A stretch of DNA of 64,000 nt. It comes from Pristiophorus japonicus. Its lineage: Eukaryota. Shown here piece by piece: positions 63,362 to 64,000 of the stretch. The notes below the pieces were generated by a model. It did not search any database. It was not told where the DNA came from and saw nothing but the letters and a program-made list of their open reading frames with translations. Both the position numbers and the translations under genes were made by a program. Position 1 is the first letter of the stretch. Every line of letters begins with the position of its first letter. The stretch is taken from NCBI RefSeq assembly GCF_044704955.1, contig NC_091984.1, positions 147,622,001 to 147,686,000 on the forward strand, read 5' to 3'.

Positions 63362-64000
63362 ACATCAAAGCACATGGTATTGGGGGTAATGTACTGACTT
63401 GGATAGAGAACTGGTTGGCAGACAGGAAGCAGAGTCGGGATTAACGGTCCTTTTCAGAAGAGCAAGCAGTGAGTAGTGGAGTGCCGCAGGGCTCAGTGCT
63501 GGGACCCCAGCTCTTTACAATATATATTAATGATTTAGATGATGAAATTGAGTGTAATATGTCCAAGTTTGCAGATGACACTAAACTGGGTGGCGGAATG
63601 AGCTGTGAGGAGAATGCTAAGAGTGATTTGGACAGGTTAGGCGTGTGGGCAAACACATGGCAGATGCAGTATAATGTGGATAAATGTAAGGTTATCCATT
63701 TTGGGGGCAAAAACACGAAGGCAGAATATTATCTGAATGGCGGCAGATTATGAAAAGGGGAGGTGCAGCGAGACCTGGGTGTCATGGTTCATCAGTCATT
63801 GACGGTTGGCATGTAGGTACAGCGGGCGGTGAAGAAGGCAAATGGTATGTTGGCCTTCATAGCAAGGGGATTTGAGTATAAGAGCAGGGAGGTCTTACTG
63901 CAGTTGTATGGGCCTTGGTGAGGCCTCACCTGGAATATTGTGTTCAGTTTTGGTCTCCTAATCTGAGGAAGGATGTTCTTGCTATTGAGGGAGTGCAGCG
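63362..64000 (+). mobile_element. CR1 RT fragment running off the window
   Basis: GVPQGSVLGP, FADD. Confidence 0.85.

Overview
Repeat-dense vertebrate DNA, most likely from a cartilaginous fish (shark). This is inferred from CR1/HER1-type LINEs with (CATAGAAA)n tails, a Deu-SINE-derived 33-bp satellite and shark-like Harbinger and RTE copies. No intact host gene was found. The window holds: (i) two decayed retrovirus-like elements, one env-less with tether plus RNase H and a 1.5-kb LTR (1-6863), and one epsilon-like ERV with an internally deleted env (42403-47562); (ii) two Gypsy elements with ~210-bp LTRs, one containing nested CR1 LINEs; (iii) many CR1, L2, RTE and Harbinger fragments and minisatellites; (iv) a probable spliced ZP-domain pseudogene on the minus strand (7545-10828). 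The most unusual object is a 566-bp retroposon at 23713-24278 (minus strand), flanked by a target-site duplication (TSD) and built from spliceosomal snRNA parts. A U1/U2 chimeric unit with its own tail and poly(A) is joined exactly at U2 nt 38/39, the known target of U2-specific non-LTR retrotransposons, to a second U2-derived unit with a related tail. This suggests a shark snRNA-headed SINE family mobilised by a U2-targeting LINE. All coordinates and identities were read by eye and are approximate.
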